A stretch of 64,000 nucleotides of DNA from an uncultured delta proteobacterium (lineage in GTDB: Bacteria > Myxococcota_A > Polyangia > Polyangiales > JAFGIB01). The position numbers were made by a program, and so were the translations under genes. Location: positions 512,001-576,000 of the forward strand of contig CAVZVA010000010.1 in assembly GCA_963778655.1 (NCBI GenBank). Reading direction: 5' to 3'. Shown in pieces: positions 38,603 to 47,322 of this stretch. The notes beneath the pieces were generated by a model. It was not told the DNA's origin. It saw nothing but the letters and a program-made list of their open reading frames with translations, and made no database searches. Position 1 is the stretch's first letter. The number at the start of each line of letters is the position of its first letter.

Positions 38603-40267
38603 ATGAGCCGTTTGGTCGTTGTGGGCGCGCGCGAGCCGCTGGCGCTGCGCGTGGTGGCGTACCTGGCCGAGCAGGGACTTGAGCCGAGCGGTCCGGTGCA
38701 CCCCGACGTCGGCCGCGTGCAGGGCGACGCCAGCGCGTTTCTGGGACAGGCGAGCCACGTCGTCTACCTGCCGATGCGCGCGCGCGACGGGCGTGCGGGG
38801 CCCGATCTCGAGCAGGCGCGCGCGGCATTCACCGCCTGCGCGCGGCTGCGACCCGCGCATTTCGTGCTGGTCTCGAGCGCGGAGGCCTACGGCGCGAGCC
38901 CGCGCAACCCGGGTCTGATCGCAGAGTCGCGCGCGCTCTCGCGCGGCGCCAAGAACGCCGTCAGCACGGCCTGGCGGCAGCTCGAAGCGGCCGCGCGCGA
39001 GCAGCTCGGCGCGCCCAGCGGCACCGCGCTCACGATTCTGCGGCCGTGCGCGGTGCCGATGCGCGGCCGCGACGACTTCTACAGCCGCCTGCTGTGCGGA
39101 CGGGTAGCGCTGACGCTGGCGGGTCACGATCCCTCGATCCAGGTGCTGAGCCCGATCGATCTCGCGGCCGCGATCGCGTGCGCGCTGGCGCGCAGCAAGG
39201 GCGGCGTCTACAACGTCGCCCCCGACGCGGTGATCCCCCTGCATACGGCGCTGCAGCGCGTACACGCCGCGCGCCTGCCCGTTCCGCGCGAGCTGCAGCG
39301 CGGTGCGCGGCGCCTGCTGCACGGGCTGGGCCTGAGCAAGCCCGAGCCGGTCGAGCAGCTCGAGTACCTGCGCTACTCGTGGACCGTCTCCAACCGCAAG
39401 ATCAAGCGCGAGCTGGGCTTTGCGCCCAGCCGCGACAGCGCGCGGGCGCTGCAGGAGCTGCTGCACGGCGAAGCGGTCTCACCCGCGCCGGCCACGCCCG
39501 CTGCGGCGCGCTTCGACGATTTCGGCCTGGACAAGGACTTCGTGGAGCGATCGGGTCCGCTGCTGGACTTTCTGGCACAGCGCTATTGGCGGATCGAGGT
39601 CGAGGGCCTGGAGCACGTGCCCGCCTCGGGCAAGGGCGTGCTGGTCGGCGTGCACCGCGGCCTGATCGCGTGGGACGGCGCGATGATCGTGCACCTGCTG
39701 GCGACGCGCATGCAGCGCTACCCGCGCTTTCTGGTGCACCCGACGGGCTTTCGCTTTCCCTTCGCGTTCGACCTCACCACCAAGATCGGCGGCATGGTCG
39801 CGTGCCAGGAGAACGCCGACTACGTGCTCGAGCACGGCGAGCTGCTCGGCATCTTTCCCGAGGGCCTGCGCGGCGTGTTCACGCTGTACCATGAGGCCTA
39901 TCGGCTGAGGAAGTTCGGCCGACACGACTTCGTGAAGATCGCGCTGCGTCACGGCGCGCCGATCATCCCCTTCGTGATCGTAGGCAGCGCCGAGACCTAT
40001 CCGATCGTGGGCAAGCTCGACTGGGACTGGTTGACGCGCAAGACCGACTGGCCGTACGTGCCGATCACCGCGACGCTGCTGCCCCTGCCCCTGCCGTCCA
40101 AGTGGTACGTGCGCTTCCTGCCCCCGCTCGAGCTGGGCCAGCAGTACGGGCGGGAAGCCGCCCGCGACTCGGCGCTGGTGCGCCGGCTCAGCGATCAGGT
40201 CAAGCAGCAGATGGAAGCCGCGATCGAGGAGCTGTCCAGCCGCCGCAAGTCGGTGTTTCTGGGCTGA
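38603..40267 (+). CDS. Fusion of an NAD-dependent epimerase-like domain and a lysophospholipid acyltransferase
   Basis: N-domain LVSSAEAYG...GGVYNVA...LGFAP; C-domain FDDFGLD, EGLEHVP, HRGLIAWDG, IFPEG, PIIPFVIVGS. Confidence 0.85.
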   Translation: MSRLVVVGAREPLALRVVAYLAEQGLEPSGPVHPDVGRVQGDASAFLGQASHVVYLPMRARDGRAGPDLEQARAAFTACARLRPAHFVLVSSAEAYGASPRNPGLIAESRALSRGAKNAVSTAWRQLEAAAREQLGAPSGTALTILRPCAVPMRGRDDFYSRLLCGRVALTLAGHDPSIQVLSPIDLAAAIACALARSKGGVYNVAPDAVIPLHTALQRVHAARLPVPRELQRGARRLLHGLGLSKPEPVEQLEYLRYSWTVSNRKIKRELGFAPSRDSARALQELLHGEAVSPAPATPAAARFDDFGLDKDFVERSGPLLDFLAQRYWRIEVEGLEHVPASGKGVLVGVHRGLIAWDGAMIVHLLATRMQRYPRFLVHPTGFRFPFAFDLTTKIGGMVACQENADYVLEHGELLGIFPEGLRGVFTLYHEAYRLRKFGRHDFVKIALRHGAPIIPFVIVGSAETYPIVGKLDWDWLTRKTDWPYVPITATLLPLPLPSKWYVRFLPPLELGQQYGREAARDSALVRRLSDQVKQQMEAAIEELSSRRKSVFLG

Positions 40268-40348
40268 AGGGTCGCGCAGGCTCGACGCCAGGCATCAAAG
40301 CCCGCCCCAGCCCGGCGCGGTCGCCCGCGGATCGGGTAGGCTCGGCCC

Positions 40349-43051
40349 GTGCTGCGAACCTGCGTGCTGGCCGGCGTGTTTGTGCTCTCGGGGGCGAGCG
40401 CGCTGGTGTTCGAGACGCTGTGGTTTCACCAGGCCGCGCTGCTGGTCGGGAGCACGCTGTGGGCGGCGAGCTTGGTGCTCTCGGCGTTCATGGCCGGCAT
40501 GGCGGCCGGCAACCTCGGCGCCGCGCTGCGCGGCGACCGGGCCCAAGACGGTATCCGCGTGTACGCCGGGCTGGAGCTGGTGGTGGCGATCTCGGGGGTC
40601 GCGCTGGTGTACCTGTTGCCCGCGCTCGGCCCGGTGCTGGCGCCGCTGGCCGAGCCGCTCGCGGGGAGGCCTGCGCTGCTGCAGCTGCTGCGCTTCTGCA
40701 CCGCGTTCGCGCTGCTGCTGCTGCCCGCGGCAGCCATGGGTATGAGCCTGCCCTTGCTGGTGCGCGCGGCCGGCGCCTGGGATGCGAGCTTCGGCCGCGT
40801 GCTCGGGCTGTTGTACGGCGCGAACACGCTCGGCGCCGTGGCCGGAGCGATCTTGAGCGAGCTCTTGCTGCTGCCGTTGCTCGGGATTCGCGGCAGCGCG
40901 CTGTGCGCCGGGGCGCTGAGCGGGCTTGCGGCCGTGCTGGCGCTGGGATTTCGGGCGCGCGCTCCCGCGCCGGCGCCGGCGGCCACCTCGGGCGCCGTGC
41001 TGCCGCGCGGGCGGGCGGCTGCCCTGCTGCTCGCCGCGGCCTGCGGCGCCGGTCTGCTGCTGCTGGCGCTGGAAGTGGTGTGGCTGCGCTTCCTGGTGCT
41101 GTTCCTCAACGACACCCCGCTGGCCTTCGCGGTGGTGCTCGCGCTGGTGCTGGCGGGCATCGCGCTCGGCAGCCTGCTGGCCTCACTGTGGGCGAGCCTT
41201 TCCGCGCGCGCCGGCCAATTCGCCTGGCTCGCGGCCTACGCGGGCGGGCTGTTCGGGTTGGGCGGCTATCTGTTGTATCCGCTATTCCTGCGCGGCTCGT
41301 TTCCGCCCTATCAGCCGCTGTCCACGATCGTCGCGCTGGCCGCTCCGCTGGTCTTGCCCACCTCGCTCGCGTCCGGCGCGCTGTTCACCTTGCTGGGCGC
41401 GCGGCTGCGCCGGTTTGCGGGCTCGGATGCCGCGACGGCAGGCGCGCTGAGCTTCGCCAATACCATCGGCGCGGGCATCGGACCCCTGCTCGCGGGCTTC
41501 GTGCTGCTGCCGCAGATCGGGATGGAGCGCGCGCTGCTGGGAGCGTTCGTCAGCTACGGGCTGCTGGGTCTGGCGCTGAGCTTCGGCGGCAAGCTCGACG
41601 CGCGCGTCCGCTACGGCAGCGTGCTGCTGTTCGCGGCGGGGCTCGCGTTCTTTCCGCTGGGGCTGGTGCGTGCGCGCTACATCCGCATCTGCGCCAGTCG
41701 CTGGACGCGCGACGCCGGCGAGCTCGTGGGCGTGCGCGAGAGCGCCAGCTCGACCCTGCTGCACGTGGTGCACCGCGAGCACGGGGCGCCGCTGTTCGAC
41801 CAGGTCGCGACCAACGCCTACTCGATGTCGGTCAACGGTTTCTACGGGCGCCGCTACATGAAGCTGTTCGTCTATCTGCCGGTGGCGCTGCACCCCAAGC
41901 CCGAGCGCGCGCTGCTGATCGGCTTTGGCATCGGCAACACCGCCAAGGCCCTGACCGACACCGCCGCGCTGCGTCGCATCGACGTGGTCGACGTGTCGCG
42001 CGACATGCTCGACGCCAGCCGGCAGCTGCGCGTGTCCCAGGGCCGCTCGCCGCTCGACGACCCGCGCGTCCACGTGCGGATCGAGGACGGCCGCTTCTTT
42101 CTGCAGTCGACCTCCGCGCGCTACGACCTGATCACGGGCGAGCCGCCGCCGCCGATCATCGCCGGCGTGGTCAACTTGTACACCACCGAGTACTTTCGGC
42201 TGGTGCACGACCGGCTGGCGCAGGGCGGCATCGCGACCTACTGGCTGCCGGTGATGAACATCTCCGCGACCGCCGCCAAGTCGGTCATCCACGGCTTCTG
42301 CGACGCGTTTGCCGACTGCTCGCTGTGGCACGGCTCCGGAGCCAACTTCATGTTGATGGGCACGCGCGGCGCGCGCGGGCCGGGCAGCGATGCCGCTTTC
42401 GAGCGGCAGTGGCAGCAGCCCGCGGTGCTGCGCGAGCTGGTGGACCTGGGCTTCGAGGTGCCGGCCCAGCTCGCCGCGACCTTCATCGGCGACGCACGCT
42501 ACCTGCGCGCGCTGTCGGCGGACTCCAAGCCGCTCACCGACGACCGGCCCAAGCGCCTGCAGCACTTCATCGGCCAAGCGGACCTCGAGCCGCTGATCGC
42601 ACAGTGGCACGACCCGCGCGCGGCGGCCGAGCGCTTCCACGACAGCGCGTGGGTCGCGGCGCTGTTCCCGGCAGGCATTCGCGCGCAGGCGCCAGACCTA
42701 TTCCAGGTGCAGTGGCTGATCGACGAGCTGCTGTCCTCGGACGCCAGCGCGTTGCACAACTCGCGCCTGCTTCACCAGCTGCTGTTCCGCACCCGGCTCA
42801 AGCTGCCTTTGCTGCTGCTGCTGGGCAGCAGCCCCGATCTGCAGGACGCGCTCGCGCGCATGCCGCCCGCGCAGCGCGAGGAGCCGGCGTGGCTGCTGCA
42901 CCGGGCGGCCGGCAAGCTCGCCGATCGCGACCTGCCTGCGGCGCTCGCGCTGCTGCAGCAAGTTCCGCGCGAGCAGCTTCCGATCAAAGACTTGCGCGAA
43001 TACCTCGCATACGCCGTACGCCGCACCTCCGCGGCAGCCGCCGCGCCTTGA
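40349..43051 (+). CDS. Fused membrane domain / spermidine synthase-like protein
   Basis: SGASALVFE, LYGANTLGA, many TM helices; LLIGFGIGNT, EDGRFFL, YDLITGEPPPP, NLYTTEYF. Confidence 0.9.
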   Translation: MLRTCVLAGVFVLSGASALVFETLWFHQAALLVGSTLWAASLVLSAFMAGMAAGNLGAALRGDRAQDGIRVYAGLELVVAISGVALVYLLPALGPVLAPLAEPLAGRPALLQLLRFCTAFALLLLPAAAMGMSLPLLVRAAGAWDASFGRVLGLLYGANTLGAVAGAILSELLLLPLLGIRGSALCAGALSGLAAVLALGFRARAPAPAPAATSGAVLPRGRAAALLLAAACGAGLLLLALEVVWLRFLVLFLNDTPLAFAVVLALVLAGIALGSLLASLWASLSARAGQFAWLAAYAGGLFGLGGYLLYPLFLRGSFPPYQPLSTIVALAAPLVLPTSLASGALFTLLGARLRRFAGSDAATAGALSFANTIGAGIGPLLAGFVLLPQIGMERALLGAFVSYGLLGLALSFGGKLDARVRYGSVLLFAAGLAFFPLGLVRARYIRICASRWTRDAGELVGVRESASSTLLHVVHREHGAPLFDQVATNAYSMSVNGFYGRRYMKLFVYLPVALHPKPERALLIGFGIGNTAKALTDTAALRRIDVVDVSRDMLDASRQLRVSQGRSPLDDPRVHVRIEDGRFFLQSTSARYDLITGEPPPPIIAGVVNLYTTEYFRLVHDRLAQGGIATYWLPVMNISATAAKSVIHGFCDAFADCSLWHGSGANFMLMGTRGARGPGSDAAFERQWQQPAVLRELVDLGFEVPAQLAATFIGDARYLRALSADSKPLTDDRPKRLQHFIGQADLEPLIAQWHDPRAAAERFHDSAWVAALFPAGIRAQAPDLFQVQWLIDELLSSDASALHNSRLLHQLLFRTRLKLPLLLLLGSSPDLQDALARMPPAQREEPAWLLHRAAGKLADRDLPAALALLQQVPREQLPIKDLREYLAYAVRRTSAAAAAP

Positions 43052-43212
43052 TCGCAGCTGGGCCCGGGGACACGCGCAGGGGGGCACGCGGCCATGGGCA
43101 AGATCCTGCCTACGCAATGATCGGGGAGCCCGCGCACAATCGTGGTGTGCGCGGTGATCGAAGCGGCCTGTGCGACTGGACTCGGAGGCACCCTCGGAGC
43201 GAGGCTCCGGAC

Positions 43213-44355
43213 ATGGGGCGAAGCAGCGCACGCACGCATCGCGGCCTCGTCATCGCCGGCCTGGCGCTGGTGGCGGCGTGCTCGCAACACCGATCAGGTA
43301 CCGGTAGCCAGGGCAGCAGCCCGGGCGCAACCCAGGCCAGCGGCGGCGAAACCGGCGGCAGCGGAGCGACAGCGAGCGCGGGCAGCAGCGCGGACGCGGG
43401 CGGCGCGGACGCGGACGCAACCGGCGGCATGGGCGCGGGCAGCGGCAACGCAGGCACGGGCGGCGCGACTGCAGGCGCGGGCGGCACGGGCACGGGCGGC
43501 ATAAGCGGCAGCGCGGGCGCCGGCAGCGCGGGCGCCGGCAGCGGTGGCGGTGGCGGTGGCGGTGGCGGCGGCATGAGCGGCAGCGCGGGCGCCGGGGCAC
43601 CTGCACAGAATGCGCTGCCGAGCGCCGGCTGCGGCGCGGCGAGCCCACCCGACAGCGGCCGCTTCATGCTCGAGGTGTCGGGCACCACGCGCGAGTACAT
43701 CTTGAAGCTGCCCGCCGGCTACGATCCCAGCACGCCGTATCCTCTGATCTTCGCCTGGCACGGGGGCAGGTACAACGCGGACTGGGTCGCCAACGGCGAT
43801 CCGCCGCAGACCGGCCCCTACTTCGGGATCGAAAGCGAGGCAGCCGGCCGCGCCATCTTCGTGGCTCCGCAGGCCTTGTCCTCGAGCTGGACCAACCAGA
43901 ACGGCCGCGACATCGCCTTCGCCGACGCCATGCGGACGCAGCTCGAAAGCGTGCTGTGCATCGACCAGGGACGCATCTTCTCGGTCGGCTTCAGCATGGG
44001 AGCCCTGATGACGATCGCGATCGGCTGCGAGGAAGGCGACCTGTTCCGCGCGATCGCGCCGATGTCGGGCTCGCTGGCCGACGGCTGCCCGGCCAAGGAC
44101 CAGCCCATCGCCTACTGGGGCTCGCACGGCAACAACGACACCACGATCGCACCCGCGGACGGCCAGGCCGCGCGCGACGAGTTCCTCAAGCGCAACCACT
44201 GCGGCACCGGCACGGTACCGATCGGCAGCAACGGCTGTCTCAGCTACCAGGGCTGCGACCCCGGCTACCCCGTCACGTGGTGCCCCTTCGACGGCGTGCA
44301 CGAGCCACCCAAGTTCGCCGGCCCCGAGATCTGGAGCTTCCTCTCGCAGCTGTGA
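43213..44355 (+). CDS. Alpha/beta-hydrolase lipoprotein (feruloyl esterase / PHB depolymerase-like) with Gly-rich linker
   Basis: VAAC lipobox; REYILKLPAGYD, LIFAWHG, GFSMG nucleophile elbow, HGNNDTT, FDGVH. Confidence 0.85.
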   Translation: MGRSSARTHRGLVIAGLALVAACSQHRSGTGSQGSSPGATQASGGETGGSGATASAGSSADAGGADADATGGMGAGSGNAGTGGATAGAGGTGTGGISGSAGAGSAGAGSGGGGGGGGGGMSGSAGAGAPAQNALPSAGCGAASPPDSGRFMLEVSGTTREYILKLPAGYDPSTPYPLIFAWHGGRYNADWVANGDPPQTGPYFGIESEAAGRAIFVAPQALSSSWTNQNGRDIAFADAMRTQLESVLCIDQGRIFSVGFSMGALMTIAIGCEEGDLFRAIAPMSGSLADGCPAKDQPIAYWGSHGNNDTTIAPADGQAARDEFLKRNHCGTGTVPIGSNGCLSYQGCDPGYPVTWCPFDGVHEPPKFAGPEIWSFLSQL

Positions 44356-44471
44356 AGCACGCGCAGGAGCGCGGCGCCGGTCAGCTGCGGTCCGCGCGTT
44401 CGAGCGCCTCGACGTCCGCGAGGTCTCGCGCTCTGACGCGGCCCACGGGCTCGCCGGCGCAGACGCGCTCC

Positions 44472-45398
44472 TCACACATGTCCGTCCGCCGCAAGCCTGC
44501 ACGGTGCCGGGGCGTCGGGGGGCTCGACTTGCAGCGTGGGGTGGGCGATGTGGAAGCGTTCGTGGAGCTCGTGGCAGACGTCACCGAGGAACGCGGGGCG
44601 GCAGGAGTCGCCGGCCATGATCAGATGGGCGGTGAGCGCGGTCTCGGTGGTGCTCACCGCCCAGATGTGTAGGTCGTGGACCTCGAGCACGCCGGGTAAC
44701 CCGCACAGGAAAGCCTTGACCTCGGTCGAGTCGATGCCCGCGGGCACGGCGGCGAGCACCAGGTCGAGCGATTCCTTGAGCAGCGACCAGGTGCTCGCCA
44801 GGATCGTGAGCGAGAGCAGGATACTCGCCACGGCATCCAGCCAGTAGAGCCCGGTCGCCAGCACGATCGCGCCCACCACCGCCACGCCCAGCGAGAGTGC
44901 GGCGTCCGAGGCCATGTGCAGGAACGCGCTGCGCACGTTCAGATCACGCTTGCGATCGCGCAGGAACAGCACCGACGACAGCGTGTTGACCACCACGCCG
45001 ACCAGCGCGACCACGATCACGGTCTTGCCGGCGACCGCCTCGGGCGCGAGCAGCCTGCGCACCGACTCCCAGGCGATGCCGCCGGTCACGAACAGCAGCA
45101 GCAGCGCGTTCGCCAGCGAGGCGATAATGGTGGTGTTGTGAAAACCGTAGGTGCGGCGCGCGGTGGGCCGCCGGCCCGCGAGCACGGCCGCGCCCCAGGA
45201 CAGACCCAACGCCAGCACGTCGCCCAGGTTGTGACCGGCGTCGGCCACCAGCGCCATCGAGCGCGAGAGCAAGCCGTAGACCGTTTCCACGGCGATGAAC
45301 GCGACGTTGAGCGCGATGGCGATGGCGAACGCGCGGCCAGCCGTGGTGCGCGGGTGGGCGCCGGTGTGCGAGTGAGCGTGCGCGTGATCGTGAGCCAT
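44472..45398 (-). CDS. Cation diffusion facilitator (CzcD/ZitB-like)
   Basis: His-rich N-terminus; ALVADAGHNLGD, NVRSAFLHMASD, VHDLHIW, HPTLQVE. Confidence 0.94.
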   Translation of the reverse strand: MAHDHAHAHSHTGAHPRTTAGRAFAIAIALNVAFIAVETVYGLLSRSMALVADAGHNLGDVLALGLSWGAAVLAGRRPTARRTYGFHNTTIIASLANALLLLFVTGGIAWESVRRLLAPEAVAGKTVIVVALVGVVVNTLSSVLFLRDRKRDLNVRSAFLHMASDAALSLGVAVVGAIVLATGLYWLDAVASILLSLTILASTWSLLKESLDLVLAAVPAGIDSTEVKAFLCGLPGVLEVHDLHIWAVSTTETALTAHLIMAGDSCRPAFLGDVCHELHERFHIAHPTLQVEPPDAPAPCRLAADGHV

Positions 45399-45665
45399 CA
45401 GCCCCTGTCCATGATCTACGAGCCGCGGGCCGAAGCGCAAACCCCCCACGGAAAACAGCGGGCTCGGGGGTGTGCGCGGCGCGCAGCAGCAGGCTCTGTG
45501 CCCGTCCAAACTCTGGCCCCCGGGGCTATAGTCGCCGCATGCCGGCCTCGCGCACCCGTGCGTCTCGCAGCGCCTCGTGTTCGGGCTGGAGGAAGCGCGC
45601 TTCACGCAGAGCGCCACCAAATGGCCGTTCCGGGGCTGAGCGCGTGCGGGCGGCGCGCGAGCGGC

Positions 45666-46035
45666 TCAGCGCACACCCTGCGCCCGCAGCAGCAGCAGCG
45701 GCCGTACCTCGAACGCGCCCGCGGAGCTGCTGGCGCGAGCCAGAATCCTTGGCGGTCTCGATCGCCTGCTCGAGCGAGCCGCAGTCGACGATGAAAAAGC
45801 CGAGCAGCTGCTCCTTGGTCTCGGCAAAGGGTCCGTCGAGCACGATCGGCTCCTTGCCCTTGCGGATGGTGGTCGCCGTGGTGGTGGGCATCAGGCGCGC
45901 GACCGGGCCGAGCCGCCCCTGCTCGGCCAGCTTCTTCTCGACCACGCCGAGCTTGGCAATCGCGGCGTCGTCCTGCTCCTTGGTCCAAGCGCTGACGACC
46001 TCTTCGGAGTCGTAGCAAAGAATCGCGTAGTGCAT
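45666..46035 (-). pseudogene. DGPF/YciI family gene with a one-base frameshift (or a sequencing error)
   Basis: LDGPFAETKEQLLGFFIVDC. Removing one base at ~45744 restores KDLARASSSAGAFEVRPL...stop at 45666; the span is 370 nt (3n+1). Confidence 0.8.
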
Positions 46036-46110
46036 GCGCGGGCATCTCCTCGACTGCAATGGGCGCAGTATGCCGGCCCGGACGGCGCGGCGAAAGCGCC
46101 GCCGGCTGGC

Positions 46111-46176
46111 TCAGGCCTGCTCGTGCGCGCGCTTCAAGCCCGCGATGTCGAGCTTGCGCATCCCCAGCATCGCCCG
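46111..46176 (-). pseudogene. 3' remnant of a PhnB / 3-demethylubiquinone-9 3-methyltransferase-like VOC gene
   Basis: RAMLGMRKLDIAGLKRAHEQA-stop matches the typical C-terminus of this family; the rest of the gene is absent. Confidence 0.65.
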
Positions 46177-46192
46177 GCCGTTTCGATGACAC

Positions 46193-46219
46193 GACGCATG
46201 GAGCGCCGCATTGCCGACA
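46193..46219 (-). promoter_or_regulatory. Putative ECF42-type promoter (towards the remnant and the DGPF gene)
   Basis: TGTCGG-N17-CGTC on the minus strand. Confidence 0.6.
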
Positions 46220-46284
46220 GCGAGGCCGTCTTTTAGAGTGAGCCCGGGCGATCCGCACGGATCGCCCGAAATTCGTCGCGGGGG

Positions 46285-46311
46285 TGTCGGATCGCAGCAC
46301 GCGCGTACGTC
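46285..46311 (+). promoter_or_regulatory. Putative ECF42-type promoter (towards the VOC gene)
   Basis: TGTCGG-N17-CGTC ending 25 nt before ATG 46337. Confidence 0.65.
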
Positions 46312-46336
46312 CTCCGCGCCGAAGGGAGAAAACACC

Positions 46337-47122
46337 ATGGCCGATCGCAAGCAACTACCGGGAAAATTCACCTGGTTCGAGCACATTTCAACGGACGCCA
46401 AGAAGGCGCAAGCCTTCTATGGGGAGGTGCTGGGCTGGAAGGTTGCGAGCCTCCCGATGGGCGACTTCACCTATGAAATGATCCAGACGGGCGACGCGCC
46501 CGACACCATGATCGGGGGCTACGCCACGCCCAAAGTCGCGGGCCAGCCGGCGCACTTCATCTCGTACGTCTCGGTGGAGGACGTCGACGCCACCGCGGCG
46601 GCCGTGGTGAAGCACGGCGGCAAGCTGGTGGAGCCGGCGTACGACGTCCCGACCGTCGGCCGGATGGCGCGGGTCGCGGACCCGACCGGGGCCGAGCTCT
46701 CGTTGTTCAAGAACACCCAGGGCGATCCGCCGGATGTGCAGGTCACCCCCTCGGGCGGCTGGCTGTGGAACGAGCTGCACAGCAGCGACGTGCCCAAAGC
46801 GCTGCGGTTCTACGAAAAGGTGCTGGGCTACACGGCGCGCGCGATGGACACGGGCGGCGGCGAGATCTACCACTTACTGGCGCGGGGCGGCGTCGACCGC
46901 GGCGGCGTGACCGGCCACGTGCCGCCCGGGGTGCCCTCGCACTGGCTGCCCTACGTGGCGGTCGGCGACGTCGATGCCACGATTGCGCGCGCCAAGCGCA
47001 TGGGCGGGTCGATTCAAATGGCAGGCACCGACATCCCGAACATCGGGCGCTTCGGCGTCCTGCAAGACCCGACCGGCGCTGCGCTCGCCGTCATGAAGCC
47101 GCTGCCCGGGACGCAGAGCTAG
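46337..47122 (+). CDS. Two-domain VOC/glyoxalase family protein
   Basis: GKFTWFE...AQAFYGEVLGW...DPTGA, repeated in the second half; AGGGAG RBS. Confidence 0.92.
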   Translation: MADRKQLPGKFTWFEHISTDAKKAQAFYGEVLGWKVASLPMGDFTYEMIQTGDAPDTMIGGYATPKVAGQPAHFISYVSVEDVDATAAAVVKHGGKLVEPAYDVPTVGRMARVADPTGAELSLFKNTQGDPPDVQVTPSGGWLWNELHSSDVPKALRFYEKVLGYTARAMDTGGGEIYHLLARGGVDRGGVTGHVPPGVPSHWLPYVAVGDVDATIARAKRMGGSIQMAGTDIPNIGRFGVLQDPTGAALAVMKPLPGTQS

Positions 47123-47264
47123 ATGACCGCTCACGATTCGGGAACGGCCATGCCGATCGGTCATGCAGCGGTGCGGCGGATGCCGCACCACCGCCAGAGG
47201 GTGAATGCGCGAGGCTTTGCCTCGCGCACAGGGAGTCGGCGCGACTCCGCGACAATCAAAGGAG

Positions 47265-47309
47265 AAATCAGAGTTTGTGATTCGATCCCGAATCGCGAGA
47301 CTCTGATTT
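47265..47309. other. AT-rich ~20-bp-stem hairpin just upstream of the sigma factor gene
   Basis: AAATCAGAGTTTGTGATTCG-ATCC-CGAATCGCGAGACTCTGATTT. Confidence 0.6.
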
Positions 47310-47322
47310 AGCGAGCAAGCCG

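Noticed and set aside
40102..44355. 1417-aa ORF looking like a giant fusion ending in an esterase
   Set aside because: The first ~1035 aa are an Arg/Ala-rich alternative frame over the spermidine synthase fusion gene; the real esterase begins at the lipoprotein signal at 43213.
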